Source: Bacteroidota bacterium (lineage in GTDB: Bacteria; Bacteroidota; Bacteroidia; Palsa-948). From it: a stretch of DNA of 51,673 bases. The stretch covers positions 1 to 51,673 of the forward strand of contig JAZDJJ010000097.1 in the NCBI GenBank assembly GCA_043804035.1. Direction: 5' to 3'. A model generated the notes under the pieces. The model did not search any database. It was not told the origin of the DNA and worked only from the letters and a program-made list of their open reading frames with translations. Below, one piece after another: positions 1 to 10,067 of the stretch (position 1 is the stretch's first letter; the number at the start of each line of letters is the position of its first letter). The position numbers and the translations under genes are program-made.

Positions 1-124
1 ATTAGTATAATATGAAATCGCAAAGACAAGTCCTCTATGGAAAGTGTATTTAACTTTTTGTAGGGGACTTTCTATTTGAAAGATAAGACATTTAATAGAA
101 ACGTACATAAAATTTTTAATTACA

Positions 125-210
125 CAATGACGAGCTAAGGAGATGATTTATTGAGGTGGCGGGTCAAAGCCCGCCATGACGAACAAATCAAAGAGGATTT
201 ATAGAAGAAA
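125..210. repeat. REP/MITE-like module, family C (GC-rich hairpin GGTGGCGGGTCAAAGCCCGCCATGAC plus the word GGATTTATAGAAGAAA)
   Basis: The reverse complement of 125-210 aligns almost base for base with 16154-16235. The 16-nt word recurs at 471-486 and, inverted, at 16269-16284 and 45984-45999. Confidence 0.8.
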
Positions 211-527
211 CTAAATACGAAATCCGAAATCCAAAGAACCAAATCCCTGCCTGCGGCAGGCAGGCGAAACAAATAACAAATACAAATATTAAAATCACAA
301 ATGCAAAACAAAAATTATTTCTTAACTAAAAAATAAGTGGATCACTTTCATTTGGCATATAACCATTATTTTCTAATTACTTATTTCTTTTTTCTATACC
401 ATTTTCTATTCTCACGCCTGTCTGCAGGGCATAGGCAGATAACCAAATAAATGGGCTCAATATCAAAAAAGGATTTATAGAAGAAAGTTAAAAATTGGAA
501 GATGTTACAGATATAAAATTTTAACTT

Positions 528-1331
528 TTGAATTTAACAGATACACATACTCATCTCTTTCTGAAAGAATTTAATTCCGACCGTACGGAAATAGTTCAAC
601 GTGCAATTTCAGTAGGAGTTAAAAAACTTTTCCTTCCGAACATTGACAGCACTTCCATTTCTGATTTACTCTCAATGGAAGAACAGTTTTCTGATTATAC
701 AACAAACTGTGGCAAGATTGTTTTTTCTATGATGGGATTACATCCTTGTTCAGTGAATGAAAAATACGAAGAGGAATTAAAAATTGTTGAGAACTGGCTC
801 GGCAAAAAAAAGTTTATCGCAGTAGGCGAAATAGGAATGGATTATTACCACGACAAAACTTTTATTGCTCAGCAAAAAGATGCTTTTGTAAAACAAATTG
901 TTCTGGCAAAAAAATATAATCTTCCCATCGTCATTCACCAGCGCGAATGTTTTGATGATTTATTTTCTATTGTGCAGGAGCAGAATGACGAAAACTTAAA
1001 AGGAATTTTTCATTGCTTCACAGGTACGATAGAGCAGGCACAAAAAATTATTTCTCTCGGAGGATTTAAACTCGGAATAGGTGGAGTGGTAACATATAAA
1101 AACTCATTACTTGCAGAAGTGCTAAAGCAAATTGATTTGAAGCACATCGTTTTGGAAACCGACTCGCCTTATCTCACACCTGTTCCATATCGTGGCAAAC
1201 GCAACGAAAGTTCTTATCTTCTTATTATTGCACAAAAAATTGCCGAAATAAAAAAAATTTCTGTCGAAGAAGTTGCAGAGCTTACTATGCAAAATGCAAA
1301 TGAAATTTTTTTGGTTGACAAATTGACATAG
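528..1331 (+). CDS. tatD: TatD family metal-dependent hydrolase
   Basis: 267-aa ORF with a TTG start. It carries the TatD/YcfH motifs DTHTHL at the N-terminus, GEIGMDY, HCFTG and ETDSPYL. Confidence 0.85.
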   Translation: MNLTDTHTHLFLKEFNSDRTEIVQRAISVGVKKLFLPNIDSTSISDLLSMEEQFSDYTTNCGKIVFSMMGLHPCSVNEKYEEELKIVENWLGKKKFIAVGEIGMDYYHDKTFIAQQKDAFVKQIVLAKKYNLPIVIHQRECFDDLFSIVQEQNDENLKGIFHCFTGTIEQAQKIISLGGFKLGIGGVVTYKNSLLAEVLKQIDLKHIVLETDSPYLTPVPYRGKRNESSYLLIIAQKIAEIKKISVEEVAELTMQNANEIFLVDKLT

Positions 1332-3347
1332 ATGAATAAAAAGAAAAAAAATATAAAACAATTTCATGGAGAAGAACAATCTTTTAAATGGATATATATT
1401 TTTCTTTTTGTCTTTGCAATTGGTTTGTATCTGAACACACTTAATCACGATTTTGCTTTTGACGATTCAGTTGTTATCACAGGAAATAAATTTACCAAGC
1501 AAGGCACAAAAGGAATTTATGAACTCGTTACCAACGATTTGTTTGCCGGAATTTACGGAAGAGCATTGGATTTGGAAGGCGGACGTTACCGCCCGCTTAC
1601 ATTGGTAATGTTTGCAGTGGAGTATCAACTTTTCGGAGACAACGCATCGCCTTATCACTTTATTAACATTCTTCTTTACGGAATAACAGCAATCATTCTT
1701 TTTCTTACACTGCTTGAAATTTTTTCCATATCTCCGGATGTAGGAGGACGAGGAGGACGAGGAGAAGGAAGAATGCTCGCTTTTATTACAACTCTTCTTT
1801 TCATTGCTCACCCAATTCATACCGAAGTAGTGGCAAACATAAAAAGCCGCGATGAAATAGTTTCATTTATATTTCTGTGCCTTACATTATTATTTCTTTT
1901 TCGTGCAGTAAGAAAAAATATTTTCACTTTTAAAAAATTAGGATTGGCTATGTTGTGCTATTTACTTTCTCTGCTGTCAAAAGAAAATGGAATTACTTTT
2001 CTTGCTATCATTCCACTTGCATTATTTTGTTTCGGGGGAAAAAACGTCAAACAAAGTTTATTATTGACGGTTCCATTTCTTTCTGTTGCAGCAGTTTATC
2101 TGATTTTTCGTACTTCTATTGTTGGAATAATTGGCGACAGAGTGAGTAATGATGTTACAGATAATCCTTTTCTTTACGCCACATTTTCCGAAAAACTCGC
2201 CACCATTTCATGGATACTCGGAAAATATTTATTGCTTCTCATTTACCCGCATCCGCTTTCATGCGATTATGGTTACAATCAAATTGCTGTTATCGGATGG
2301 ACAAATCCCAAAGCATTTCTCCCTTTGATAATTTACATTTTATTTTTTCTTTTTGCCGTGAAAACAATTTGGAATTGGAAAAAAATATCTACTTCTTCTG
2401 AACTTAACGACAAACGACAAACGATAAATTACAAACTAATTTTTGCCTTTTGCATTTTATTTTATCTCATCACCATTTCTATTGTCTCCAATGTTTTCTT
2501 CCTGATAGGAACTTCAATGGGTGAGCGATTTATTTTCTTGTCGTCACTGGGATTTTGTCTGGCATTATCTGTTTTGTTTATCCGCCTTTTGCGAATTACA
2601 AACTCGTCAGATGATGGATTACGAATAAATGCGATTTTATCTCCCAAAATTCTTATTCCATTACTTGTGATTCTTTTTTCTTATTCTGCAAAAACGATTT
2701 CAAGAAATTCTGTTTGGAAAAATAATGCGACACTTTTTAAAACCGATGTAAACATTTGTCCCGGTAGCGCCAACCTTCATTACTATTTCGCCAACACCAT
2801 GTTTACTGACCATATTAATGATGACCAAAGTTTCAAACGCGATTCGCTTTTTACTGAAGCCAAAAAAGAATTTATAAAAGCGATGAATATAAATCCTCTT
2901 TTTCATTACTGCTATTACAACATTGGTCTTATCTATGAAAAATTAAACCAGCCCGATTCTGCAATTACATGGCTATTAAAGACCATTAATCTAAAACCCG
3001 AAAACACATTAGCACAAGCGATGGCAAAAGGAGAACTCGGATTAGTTTATGGAAAACAAAAAGGCGAAATTGACAAAGCAATTCCTCTGCTGAAAGAATC
3101 TATTGCATATAGACCTGATGATTTTGGCTCTTATGAAAATTTGGGAATTTGCTATGCAATGAAAGGCGACTATGATAATTCTATTAATGCTTTTGAACAA
3201 TCACTAAAACTAAAACCCGAATTATCAAAATCGGATGCACGTTTGTTGTTGAATCTTGCATTGAGTTGGCAGAACAAAGGCAACAAACAAAAAGCGGATT
3301 ATTATTACAACGAATCTTTTAAATTAGATCCATCATTGAAGAAATAA
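1332..3347 (+). CDS. Multi-pass membrane protein with C-terminal TPR repeats (PMT/TMTC-like GT-C type glycosyltransferase-like)
   Basis: 671-aa ORF that starts 1 nt after the tatD stop. About 450 aa are hydrophobic and multi-spanning, with FAFDDSVVI after the first TM segment. The C-terminal ~180 aa have TPR-like repeats (YYNIGLIYEKLNQPDSAI, YENLGICYAMKGDYDNSI). Confidence 0.65.
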   Translation: MNKKKKNIKQFHGEEQSFKWIYIFLFVFAIGLYLNTLNHDFAFDDSVVITGNKFTKQGTKGIYELVTNDLFAGIYGRALDLEGGRYRPLTLVMFAVEYQLFGDNASPYHFINILLYGITAIILFLTLLEIFSISPDVGGRGGRGEGRMLAFITTLLFIAHPIHTEVVANIKSRDEIVSFIFLCLTLLFLFRAVRKNIFTFKKLGLAMLCYLLSLLSKENGITFLAIIPLALFCFGGKNVKQSLLLTVPFLSVAAVYLIFRTSIVGIIGDRVSNDVTDNPFLYATFSEKLATISWILGKYLLLLIYPHPLSCDYGYNQIAVIGWTNPKAFLPLIIYILFFLFAVKTIWNWKKISTSSELNDKRQTINYKLIFAFCILFYLITISIVSNVFFLIGTSMGERFIFLSSLGFCLALSVLFIRLLRITNSSDDGLRINAILSPKILIPLLVILFSYSAKTISRNSVWKNNATLFKTDVNICPGSANLHYYFANTMFTDHINDDQSFKRDSLFTEAKKEFIKAMNINPLFHYCYYNIGLIYEKLNQPDSAITWLLKTINLKPENTLAQAMAKGELGLVYGKQKGEIDKAIPLLKESIAYRPDDFGSYENLGICYAMKGDYDNSINAFEQSLKLKPELSKSDARLLLNLALSWQNKGNKQKADYYYNESFKLDPSLKK

Positions 3348-3377
3348 TGACAAAACCCGTTTTGAGAAACTACTCTT

Positions 3378-5750
3378 TTAGTTTATCACTAATATTTTTG
3401 AAATAAAAGTTTTTGTGCCATCTTTGTTTGCGCAGAAAATAAGATAAACACCTGAATGCACTTTTTGTCCGTTAAGATTTTTGCCGTACCAGATTGCCTG
3501 TCCGCCAAGCGACTTGGTATGATAAACCAAATTTCCTGTGATATCAGTAATCTTCACATCTGCATCTTGTGCCAGTCCGGAGATGGCTATGGGACCATCA
3601 TATTCCGGTTGAACAGGATTTGGAAATACATATACATTTTCAAAATCCTCATTGCCTTCAGTTGCATCTCCTTGGTAAGAAATAATTCCAGATGAAGTAC
3701 CAAAAAATACTTCACCGTTTTTTGGATTGATAGTAATGGAACTGATTTCGTTTGATAACAACGGACTGTTGTCCGTAGTGAAATACTGAATTTGCTTTGT
3801 GCCATCTGCCGACATCAGAAACACTCCTGAATTTCTTGTGCCAATCCATTTTCTGTTTGCTCCATCCACAGCAATGGCTGTTATCTCTTCGGTTTCTAAT
3901 AAGATTTGCGTGTGTCCATCTTGTTGAATAAAAATTTGTTGAGCTTCGCATCCCTTGGATGAAAACACTTGGTCAGGGCAATAGAATACACCAATTCCTT
4001 TATCAGTACCTATCCATATTTCACCTTCCTTATCTTCTGCAAAGCAAATTACTTCATTGCCGGGAATGTTTCCGCTTCCTGCCGCAAAAGTGAGTTTTTT
4101 CATTTTATCATCGCTCGTTCCTACGGTTCCGTTTTCGTCAAAAACAAAAATACCTATTCCGCGTGGAATGATAATCCATTTTTGATTGTATCGATCAATT
4201 AGTATGCTTCCTGTTACCGGAGAATTTGTAAGATTTGTTATATTTTTTGGAAAATAAAATGACTGCCAGGAGCCATCTGCTTTATGTACAGCCAATGAAT
4301 TGGGAGCAGCAGAAACAGTTATCCAAAGATTTCTGTTTAAATCAAAAGCAAGTCCAAATATTCCAATCCAATGACCACTACCCCAGTCGGTAGATTGCAA
4401 ATTATTACCCGTATTAGTTTCATTCCATATTTTAACAAGTGCTCCATTATTCAATTCAATTAATCCAACACCAACCGAACCAAGATAAACATGTTCGGTA
4501 TTAACAGGGTCAATGGCAATAGAAACAATATCACGAATGGAATCTAATGCGGGAATGTTAAATTTTGTAAAACTATTCCATACTTCATCTTTAAACTGAT
4601 ATGCTTCAGCACAGTTGTAAATACCATTCCATGTTGTACTATGGTCGCCAGGCGCCACCCAAAGTGCATCATTCACATATTGCATAGAATAAACTTTGGA
4701 AGTGTTTGGTCCGTTAGGACTAAAACTTTGCGCACATTTCCATGTGCAGATATTTTTTGTAAGTCCATTAAGATAGTCGGCAATCCATGTAATGTTTGTA
4801 TCGTTATTGTCTATTATTGCCTGATATGGTACAATGGCATAATTAGTTTGGTATTGCCCTATGCGATTACCCGTCCAAATGCCATTTGCATCATAAAAGT
4901 CAACACAACTTATATATGAAATAATCAATTTATTATTTCCTGTTTCCATTTTTTTTACCGGCATACCACGAGAATCAGGTGCTAATGGAAATAATTTTTT
5001 CCAAGCGGTACCGTCGTACACATAAATAGTGTCATTTCCCCACGGTTTTGTTGGTTGCGAGAAATTGGTATAAATTTTTCCGTTCAGATGGGCAATGGTA
5101 TTGTATATTCCTTTGGGTAATCCCGAAAACTTATTCCACGAATTGAAGTTGGCAAGATTAGTAGAACTCCACAAAGCACGATATACACCTACATCAGAAG
5201 AGGCATAAATATAATTTGCATCAGCAGTAATATCTTTCACATCTATGTATCCTCCGTTTACTCCAATGTAATAAGTATCTTTGATTTCCTTTTTGTTCAT
5301 ATCCAGTACCACAATGCCAAAACCACAGGCAAGGTAAGCAAGATTGCCACGGAAATAAATATTGTTAATAGTTTTTTTAGCGGTGATGATTGTTCGTTTG
5401 ATGTCAGAAATATTATATACTCTTTTATTGGCATCAATAAGATCAATATTGGCATTTTTGTAAGCAATTAGCAGTGTGTTATTATTATCGTTATACCGAA
5501 GAGTGCTCACGCCAATATCCGAAAGTCCGTTTATTTTTGATAAACGTTCTATTGAAAAATCCTGCTTTGACAAGGAAAAAATGCCGCCTTCGGTAGCACA
5601 ATAAATATAACCATTATTGCTTTGTGCAACAGCAATGCCTTGCTGATATGATAGATGATCACGCCATTGGTATAATGGCATCTGCGCAAAAATATTATTC
5701 CAAAAAATAATGAGTAATAAAAAAGAAACGAAAGAGAAAAAGTGTTTCAA
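3378..5750 (-). CDS. porZ: Beta-propeller protein with T9SS C-terminal sorting domain, PorZ-like
   Basis: 790-aa ORF with a signal peptide (FLLLIIFWNNIFAQ). The N-terminus (WRDHLSY...GLSD...IAYKNANIDLI) and the size match PorZ-type double-propeller proteins as I recall them. The C-terminus VYVFPNPV...GVYLIFC...KILVIN is a T9SS CTD. Confidence 0.55.
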   Translation of the reverse strand: MKHFFSFVSFLLLIIFWNNIFAQMPLYQWRDHLSYQQGIAVAQSNNGYIYCATEGGIFSLSKQDFSIERLSKINGLSDIGVSTLRYNDNNNTLLIAYKNANIDLIDANKRVYNISDIKRTIITAKKTINNIYFRGNLAYLACGFGIVVLDMNKKEIKDTYYIGVNGGYIDVKDITADANYIYASSDVGVYRALWSSTNLANFNSWNKFSGLPKGIYNTIAHLNGKIYTNFSQPTKPWGNDTIYVYDGTAWKKLFPLAPDSRGMPVKKMETGNNKLIISYISCVDFYDANGIWTGNRIGQYQTNYAIVPYQAIIDNNDTNITWIADYLNGLTKNICTWKCAQSFSPNGPNTSKVYSMQYVNDALWVAPGDHSTTWNGIYNCAEAYQFKDEVWNSFTKFNIPALDSIRDIVSIAIDPVNTEHVYLGSVGVGLIELNNGALVKIWNETNTGNNLQSTDWGSGHWIGIFGLAFDLNRNLWITVSAAPNSLAVHKADGSWQSFYFPKNITNLTNSPVTGSILIDRYNQKWIIIPRGIGIFVFDENGTVGTSDDKMKKLTFAAGSGNIPGNEVICFAEDKEGEIWIGTDKGIGVFYCPDQVFSSKGCEAQQIFIQQDGHTQILLETEEITAIAVDGANRKWIGTRNSGVFLMSADGTKQIQYFTTDNSPLLSNEISSITINPKNGEVFFGTSSGIISYQGDATEGNEDFENVYVFPNPVQPEYDGPIAISGLAQDADVKITDITGNLVYHTKSLGGQAIWYGKNLNGQKVHSGVYLIFCANKDGTKTFISKILVIN

Positions 5751-5949
5751 GGGAATAATTTTTTCTTTTTTAAAAGATAGTTAAATTCAAGTTTGAAGCG
5801 CAACAAAAGTAGAAAAAATTTCATCAGGAACGAATAAATATAATTTTTGGATATAGTTAATTTGGTATAGATTTTTGAGGTGGGATTATATCAAAAAACG
5901 AACTTAATTTTTTTCTGTATTCAAGTCATAAATGCAACTTTTAGAAGGC

Positions 5950-6190
5950 ATCCAAAACGAACTGCCCCGCAGCAATCTATTGATAATTCATACTGATGTT
6001 ATCCATTTGTTTTTCTCTTTTTTATCAACGTTTTTTTAAATCAATAGAATTCCCCGACCCTTTGGGTCGTGGCAGAATGTGTAAATTCATGTTGTGAGTG
6101 AGCATGTATTCAAAAGTCATAGAATGTAGTTGTCTTTGGATGTTTGATACCTCGGCCATCTGGGTCGAGGAGTTTCATTCACTCCGAAAG
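5950..6190. repeat. Composite of degenerate hairpin modules in the porZ-upstream spacer
   Basis: Hairpins lie at 6053-6071 (CCGACCC TTTG GGTCGTGG) and 6150-6170 (CCTCGGCC ATCT GGGTCGAGG). AACTGCCC...GCAGCAATCT at 5960-5978 and TTTCATTCACT at 6174-6184 resemble pieces of the family A element. Confidence 0.4.
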
Positions 6191-6236
6191 AATTACTTCA
6201 TACCATCATTGCTGACAATGCAAAAAAGAAAAAAAT

Positions 6237-8192
6237 CTATTTTGAAAGAATAACTTTTGTTTGACGGGAATTACCATTTGTATCAGAAACAAATAAGAAA
6301 TAAATGCCCGCAGGTTGAACAGAAATATCAATAGCACATCTTTGCTCTCCCGAAGAAAGAGAATAATTATTTACACTTCCGAAATTAGAAATGGATTCAT
6401 ACACTTTTTTTCCTATTACATTATAGATTTCTAAATTATATTTACTGATACTATTGCTGCCAACTGCCACTTGAAATTTTCCGCTTGATGGATTAGGGAA
6501 AACTTTTATGTCGGATAATGGAACAGAAATATTTTGAACTGAAGCAAACAAGTTCGTATCTCTAAACACGGGGCGTATCATCCACGAACCGGGAATTACA
6601 GATTGTGTCCACTTATTTGATATGTTGTAAAACATTTTGTCGTTGGAATTGATGTTTCTGTCTAATCCAATGTTTAGCAAGTCAGTAGTATATTGGATCC
6701 ATCCCACATAAAATATTCCACTGAGAACTTTTGGAGAAGTGAGTTTATAAGTATAAAAATCATTCGTTTGATTTCCCCATCCAGGATGATATTCGTATTG
6801 ATAGTTTGGAGTTACCATGCTGTCCATCAGGATAATTGTACCGGGCATTCCGCCATCGTCATTCCATAGTATTATTCTGAAATTACGTTGGGTTACGTTG
6901 GTAACAATCCAGTTGAAGAGCATCTGCACAGCAACAATAGTATCAGGGGAATTGAGTGTAAATTTGTAAGCCAATTGCCCACCTCCCACATTGATCCCAT
7001 AACCGGCTTCTGCTGTGCCATCGTCATAAGCAAAGTAGTTCAGAAATTTTTGCGTGTAGCGAAGCGTGTCATTTACTCGGTCTTCATCGGGAGTTGTATT
7101 GATTACACATTCCATAGTGAATGATGCAGTGTCGTTTAATGTTGGATAAGAATAAGCGATAAATGGTGGCGGAATATTATTACCAATTTGAGGATTACTG
7201 ATTGGAGAATAATTACAATAACCATTTGGAATAAAAGGATCAATGTTTGCATTTCCCCCTGAATAAGTTGCTTCTGTTCCACCGGTATTGTTGTAGATAG
7301 AATAATTGAATGAAGTGTTTTTTGTTACAGTATTATTGTTGCGAATGAAAAATTTCAAATCTGTTTTCATATCCGTGTATGCATACTGTTCCCATGGCAT
7401 TGCTTGATAATTTTTCAGCAACGAACGTGAATTGTACACAAAAGATACATCGTCAAAAATGGTATCCGAAGCGCTGCGCTGTTTGTCTAATAAAATATAA
7501 TCAATATGCCAGTGATCAATATTGCCGGAAGTGGTAGCGTAGTTTGTGAACCGAAACTGAAAACCGGTTTTTAAGTATGTAGTATCTATAACAGGAATCA
7601 TCACAAGACGAAAAATGGTATCGGCAGAAACAGGATCATACCCATTCATATACCAGATAGTTTTCCATAGTCCTGTTGTTGGATTTTTGAATTGCAGCAG
7701 CAATGTATCAGAATTTTCAGGGTCATTACCTCTGCCTTTTGCCTGCCAGAAAAAACTAAAATAAACCGAATCGCTAACAGCAACATTCAGTTTGATGGGT
7801 TTTGAAGTAAGTGTATCAGACGGATTGGATGCAACTGAACTATTAACAGAAAAGTCAGGCGCTCCTGATTCCCCAACACCGTCAAATGTGGCAACACCTA
7901 TTGTTACAGGCGTAATTGGATAATCACGATTGATAAAAACCTGCTTATCTATCCATCGGGAAGTATCGGGATAAATACTTTCTTTAGAGAAATCATCTAA
8001 GAAAGGAAGATTGATAGTGTCGGTAACAGATGAAAGTATCAACATTTTATTTTCTTTCAACTCGTGATATTTTTTCATCAGCACCGGGTTTACAGTAAGC
8101 TCGGTAACAATTTCTCCAGATGTTTGTTGAGTAAATCCCTGTATAGAAAATACTAAAAATAAAATTATGAGATTATTTAATATTCTCTTCAT
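6237..8192 (-). CDS. Secreted protein with T9SS C-terminal sorting domain
   Basis: The ORF runs to 8252, but MKRILNNLIILFLVFSIQGF (ATG at 8192) is a proper signal peptide. The C-terminal KVFPNPSSGKFQV...GIYFLFV...KVILSK is a Por-secretion CTD. The gene overlaps the upstream PASTA gene stop by 20 nt. Confidence 0.75.
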   Translation of the reverse strand: MKRILNNLIILFLVFSIQGFTQQTSGEIVTELTVNPVLMKKYHELKENKMLILSSVTDTINLPFLDDFSKESIYPDTSRWIDKQVFINRDYPITPVTIGVATFDGVGESGAPDFSVNSSVASNPSDTLTSKPIKLNVAVSDSVYFSFFWQAKGRGNDPENSDTLLLQFKNPTTGLWKTIWYMNGYDPVSADTIFRLVMIPVIDTTYLKTGFQFRFTNYATTSGNIDHWHIDYILLDKQRSASDTIFDDVSFVYNSRSLLKNYQAMPWEQYAYTDMKTDLKFFIRNNNTVTKNTSFNYSIYNNTGGTEATYSGGNANIDPFIPNGYCNYSPISNPQIGNNIPPPFIAYSYPTLNDTASFTMECVINTTPDEDRVNDTLRYTQKFLNYFAYDDGTAEAGYGINVGGGQLAYKFTLNSPDTIVAVQMLFNWIVTNVTQRNFRIILWNDDGGMPGTIILMDSMVTPNYQYEYHPGWGNQTNDFYTYKLTSPKVLSGIFYVGWIQYTTDLLNIGLDRNINSNDKMFYNISNKWTQSVIPGSWMIRPVFRDTNLFASVQNISVPLSDIKVFPNPSSGKFQVAVGSNSISKYNLEIYNVIGKKVYESISNFGSVNNYSLSSGEQRCAIDISVQPAGIYFLFVSDTNGNSRQTKVILSK

Positions 8193-8985
8193 GAGATGTG
8201 GTATCAGGTACAAATGTTTTGATAGTAAGATAGATATCAACAGCGTTTCCATAATTGATTAGATTATCAATAGAGCAACTTGGAATCTGTTTGTAAACTA
8301 TTGCTTTTGCAGAGTCATTCGATGTTTTACAATCACTACAGATGATAGCACCTTCGCTCAATCCGCTTTCAGAAATTTTTTCAATAGCTTTTTTTAATGA
8401 TAAACCAATAAAGCATGGGACATTAATTTTTTCTTCACTCTCACCTTTTCCCAAAATCAAATCAATCACACTTCCTTTAGGAATTATAGTTCCAGATTCA
8501 ATTTTTTTTCCTTTCATCAGTTGTGTAAGTACGCAGTTAACGCAAGGGTCTGGTTTGTATTCTCTTTTTCCGACTGTTAATCCACACGACTCCAGCATAG
8601 CTATTGCTTGCCTCATAGAAGCATCCACTAAGTTTGGCATTTTCACTAACGGAGGCATCGTGGCACTAATAGTGAGATAAACCATTCTATTATATTTGAC
8701 CTGAGAATTCTTTTCCGGATCCTGTCTGATTACCGAACCTCCTTTTATTTTGAAATCAAATACTGAATCAATTATCATATAACGTAGATTCTTGTCGGCA
8801 ATAAATGTATCAATCTCATTAGTTTTTAATCCAAAAAAATCAGGAACATCAACCATTTCGCCATGCCGTGTGTAAAGATTAAGTGATTTAAAGGAAAGCC
8901 AAAGAATAATAAATCCTACAGCAAGAGAAATAATAAAGTGAATACAAAAGCGTTTGCTTTTTAGAAACTGAAAAAAAAATCTCAC
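8173..8985 (-). CDS. PASTA domain-containing membrane-anchored protein
   Basis: One TM segment (FIISLAVGFIILWLSF) is followed by three PASTA-like repeats (VPDFFGLKTNE..., MPNLVDASMRQA..., VPCFIGLSLKKA...). The ORF extends to ATG 9078, only 14 bp from the divergent ddl start. I therefore prefer the GTG at 8985. The start is uncertain. Confidence 0.6.
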   Translation of the reverse strand: MRFFFQFLKSKRFCIHFIISLAVGFIILWLSFKSLNLYTRHGEMVDVPDFFGLKTNEIDTFIADKNLRYMIIDSVFDFKIKGGSVIRQDPEKNSQVKYNRMVYLTISATMPPLVKMPNLVDASMRQAIAMLESCGLTVGKREYKPDPCVNCVLTQLMKGKKIESGTIIPKGSVIDLILGKGESEEKINVPCFIGLSLKKAIEKISESGLSEGAIICSDCKTSNDSAKAIVYKQIPSCSIDNLINYGNAVDIYLTIKTFVPDTTSHEENIK

Positions 8986-9092
8986 AAAAATAAATAATGA
9001 TATATTAACAAATGTATAATTTATTTCTGCATACAATTGACAAACCTGTTTACATTTACAGCCAAATAACGAAATCATAAATCAAAAATTCT

Positions 9093-10061
9093 ATGAAGAA
9101 AAATATTGCAATTGTTACCGGTGGTTATTCAGGTGAAGCAATTATCTCCATGCAAAGTGCTGATATGGTGATGAAGCATCTGGATGCTGATAAATACAAT
9201 TCCTATAAAGTTGTAATTACAAAAGATAAATGGATTTGTATTTATGACGGAAACGAATATCCGATAGATAAAAATAATTTCTCCTGTTTGCTTGGGAATA
9301 AGAAACTTTTTTTTGACTCTGTGTTTATGGCATTGCACGGAACGCCCGGTGAAGATGGAAAACTTCAGGGGTATTTTGATATGCTTAATATTCCATATAC
9401 TTCCTGCGGAGTTGTTGTTTCTGCTCTCACATTTAATAAAGCATTAACGATTGCTGTGCTGTCGCACTACGGAATTCATACAGCAAAATCAATTGTTGTA
9501 AATAAAAAAAATAAAATCTCTGCAGATGAAATTCTGACTAAAATTTCTCTTCCTTGTTTTGTGAAACCAAACGAAAGTGGCTCAAGTATTGGAACGAGCA
9601 AAGTGAAACATAAAGAAGATTTAATTTCTGCAATTGAAAAATCTTTCAAAGAAGGTGATGACACAATCATAGAAGAATTTATTGAAGGAACTGAAATTAC
9701 TTGCGGAGTAATACGATATAAAGAAAAAGTGAAAGCCCTTACTGTTTCCGAAATTGTTAGCAAGGGTGATTTTTTTGACTTTCATGCAAAATATAAGGAT
9801 AACGCTACGGAAGAAATTACACCGGCAAGAATTTCTTCATCTGCCGAAAAAGAATGTAAAAATATTAGTGAATTTATTTATTCTACCCTCGGTTGTAAAG
9901 GAATGATACGCATTGACTATATTCTAAAAAAAGATAAATTGTTTTTGCTGGAAGTGAATAGTATTCCCGGATTAACAGAAAGAAGTTTATTGCCGAAGCA
10001 GGCGGTATATTGCGGTATTTCTCTTAAAGAACTTTTTAATGATGTAATCGTAGATTTTTAA
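9093..10061 (+). CDS. ddl: D-alanine--D-alanine ligase
   Basis: 322 aa with ATP-grasp Ddl motifs: GGYSGE, ALHGTPGEDGKLQGYFDMLNIPYT, KPNESGSSIG and EVNSIPGLTERSL. Confidence 0.9.
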   Translation: MKKNIAIVTGGYSGEAIISMQSADMVMKHLDADKYNSYKVVITKDKWICIYDGNEYPIDKNNFSCLLGNKKLFFDSVFMALHGTPGEDGKLQGYFDMLNIPYTSCGVVVSALTFNKALTIAVLSHYGIHTAKSIVVNKKNKISADEILTKISLPCFVKPNESGSSIGTSKVKHKEDLISAIEKSFKEGDDTIIEEFIEGTEITCGVIRYKEKVKALTVSEIVSKGDFFDFHAKYKDNATEEITPARISSSAEKECKNISEFIYSTLGCKGMIRIDYILKKDKLFLLEVNSIPGLTERSLLPKQAVYCGISLKELFNDVIVDF

Positions 10062-10067
10062 TTTGAG

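Noticed and set aside
8193-8252. Upstream extension of the T9SS cargo ORF (METLLISILLSKHLYLIPHL)
   Set aside because: The internal ATG 8192 yields a proper signal peptide, and the extension overlaps the PASTA gene C-terminus.
8971-8979. A9 tract near the PASTA gene 5' end as a phase-variation switch
   Set aside because: With the preferred GTG start at 8985 the tract is just inside the gene. However, the start codon itself is uncertain and such runs are common in this AT-rich DNA. The evidence is insufficient.
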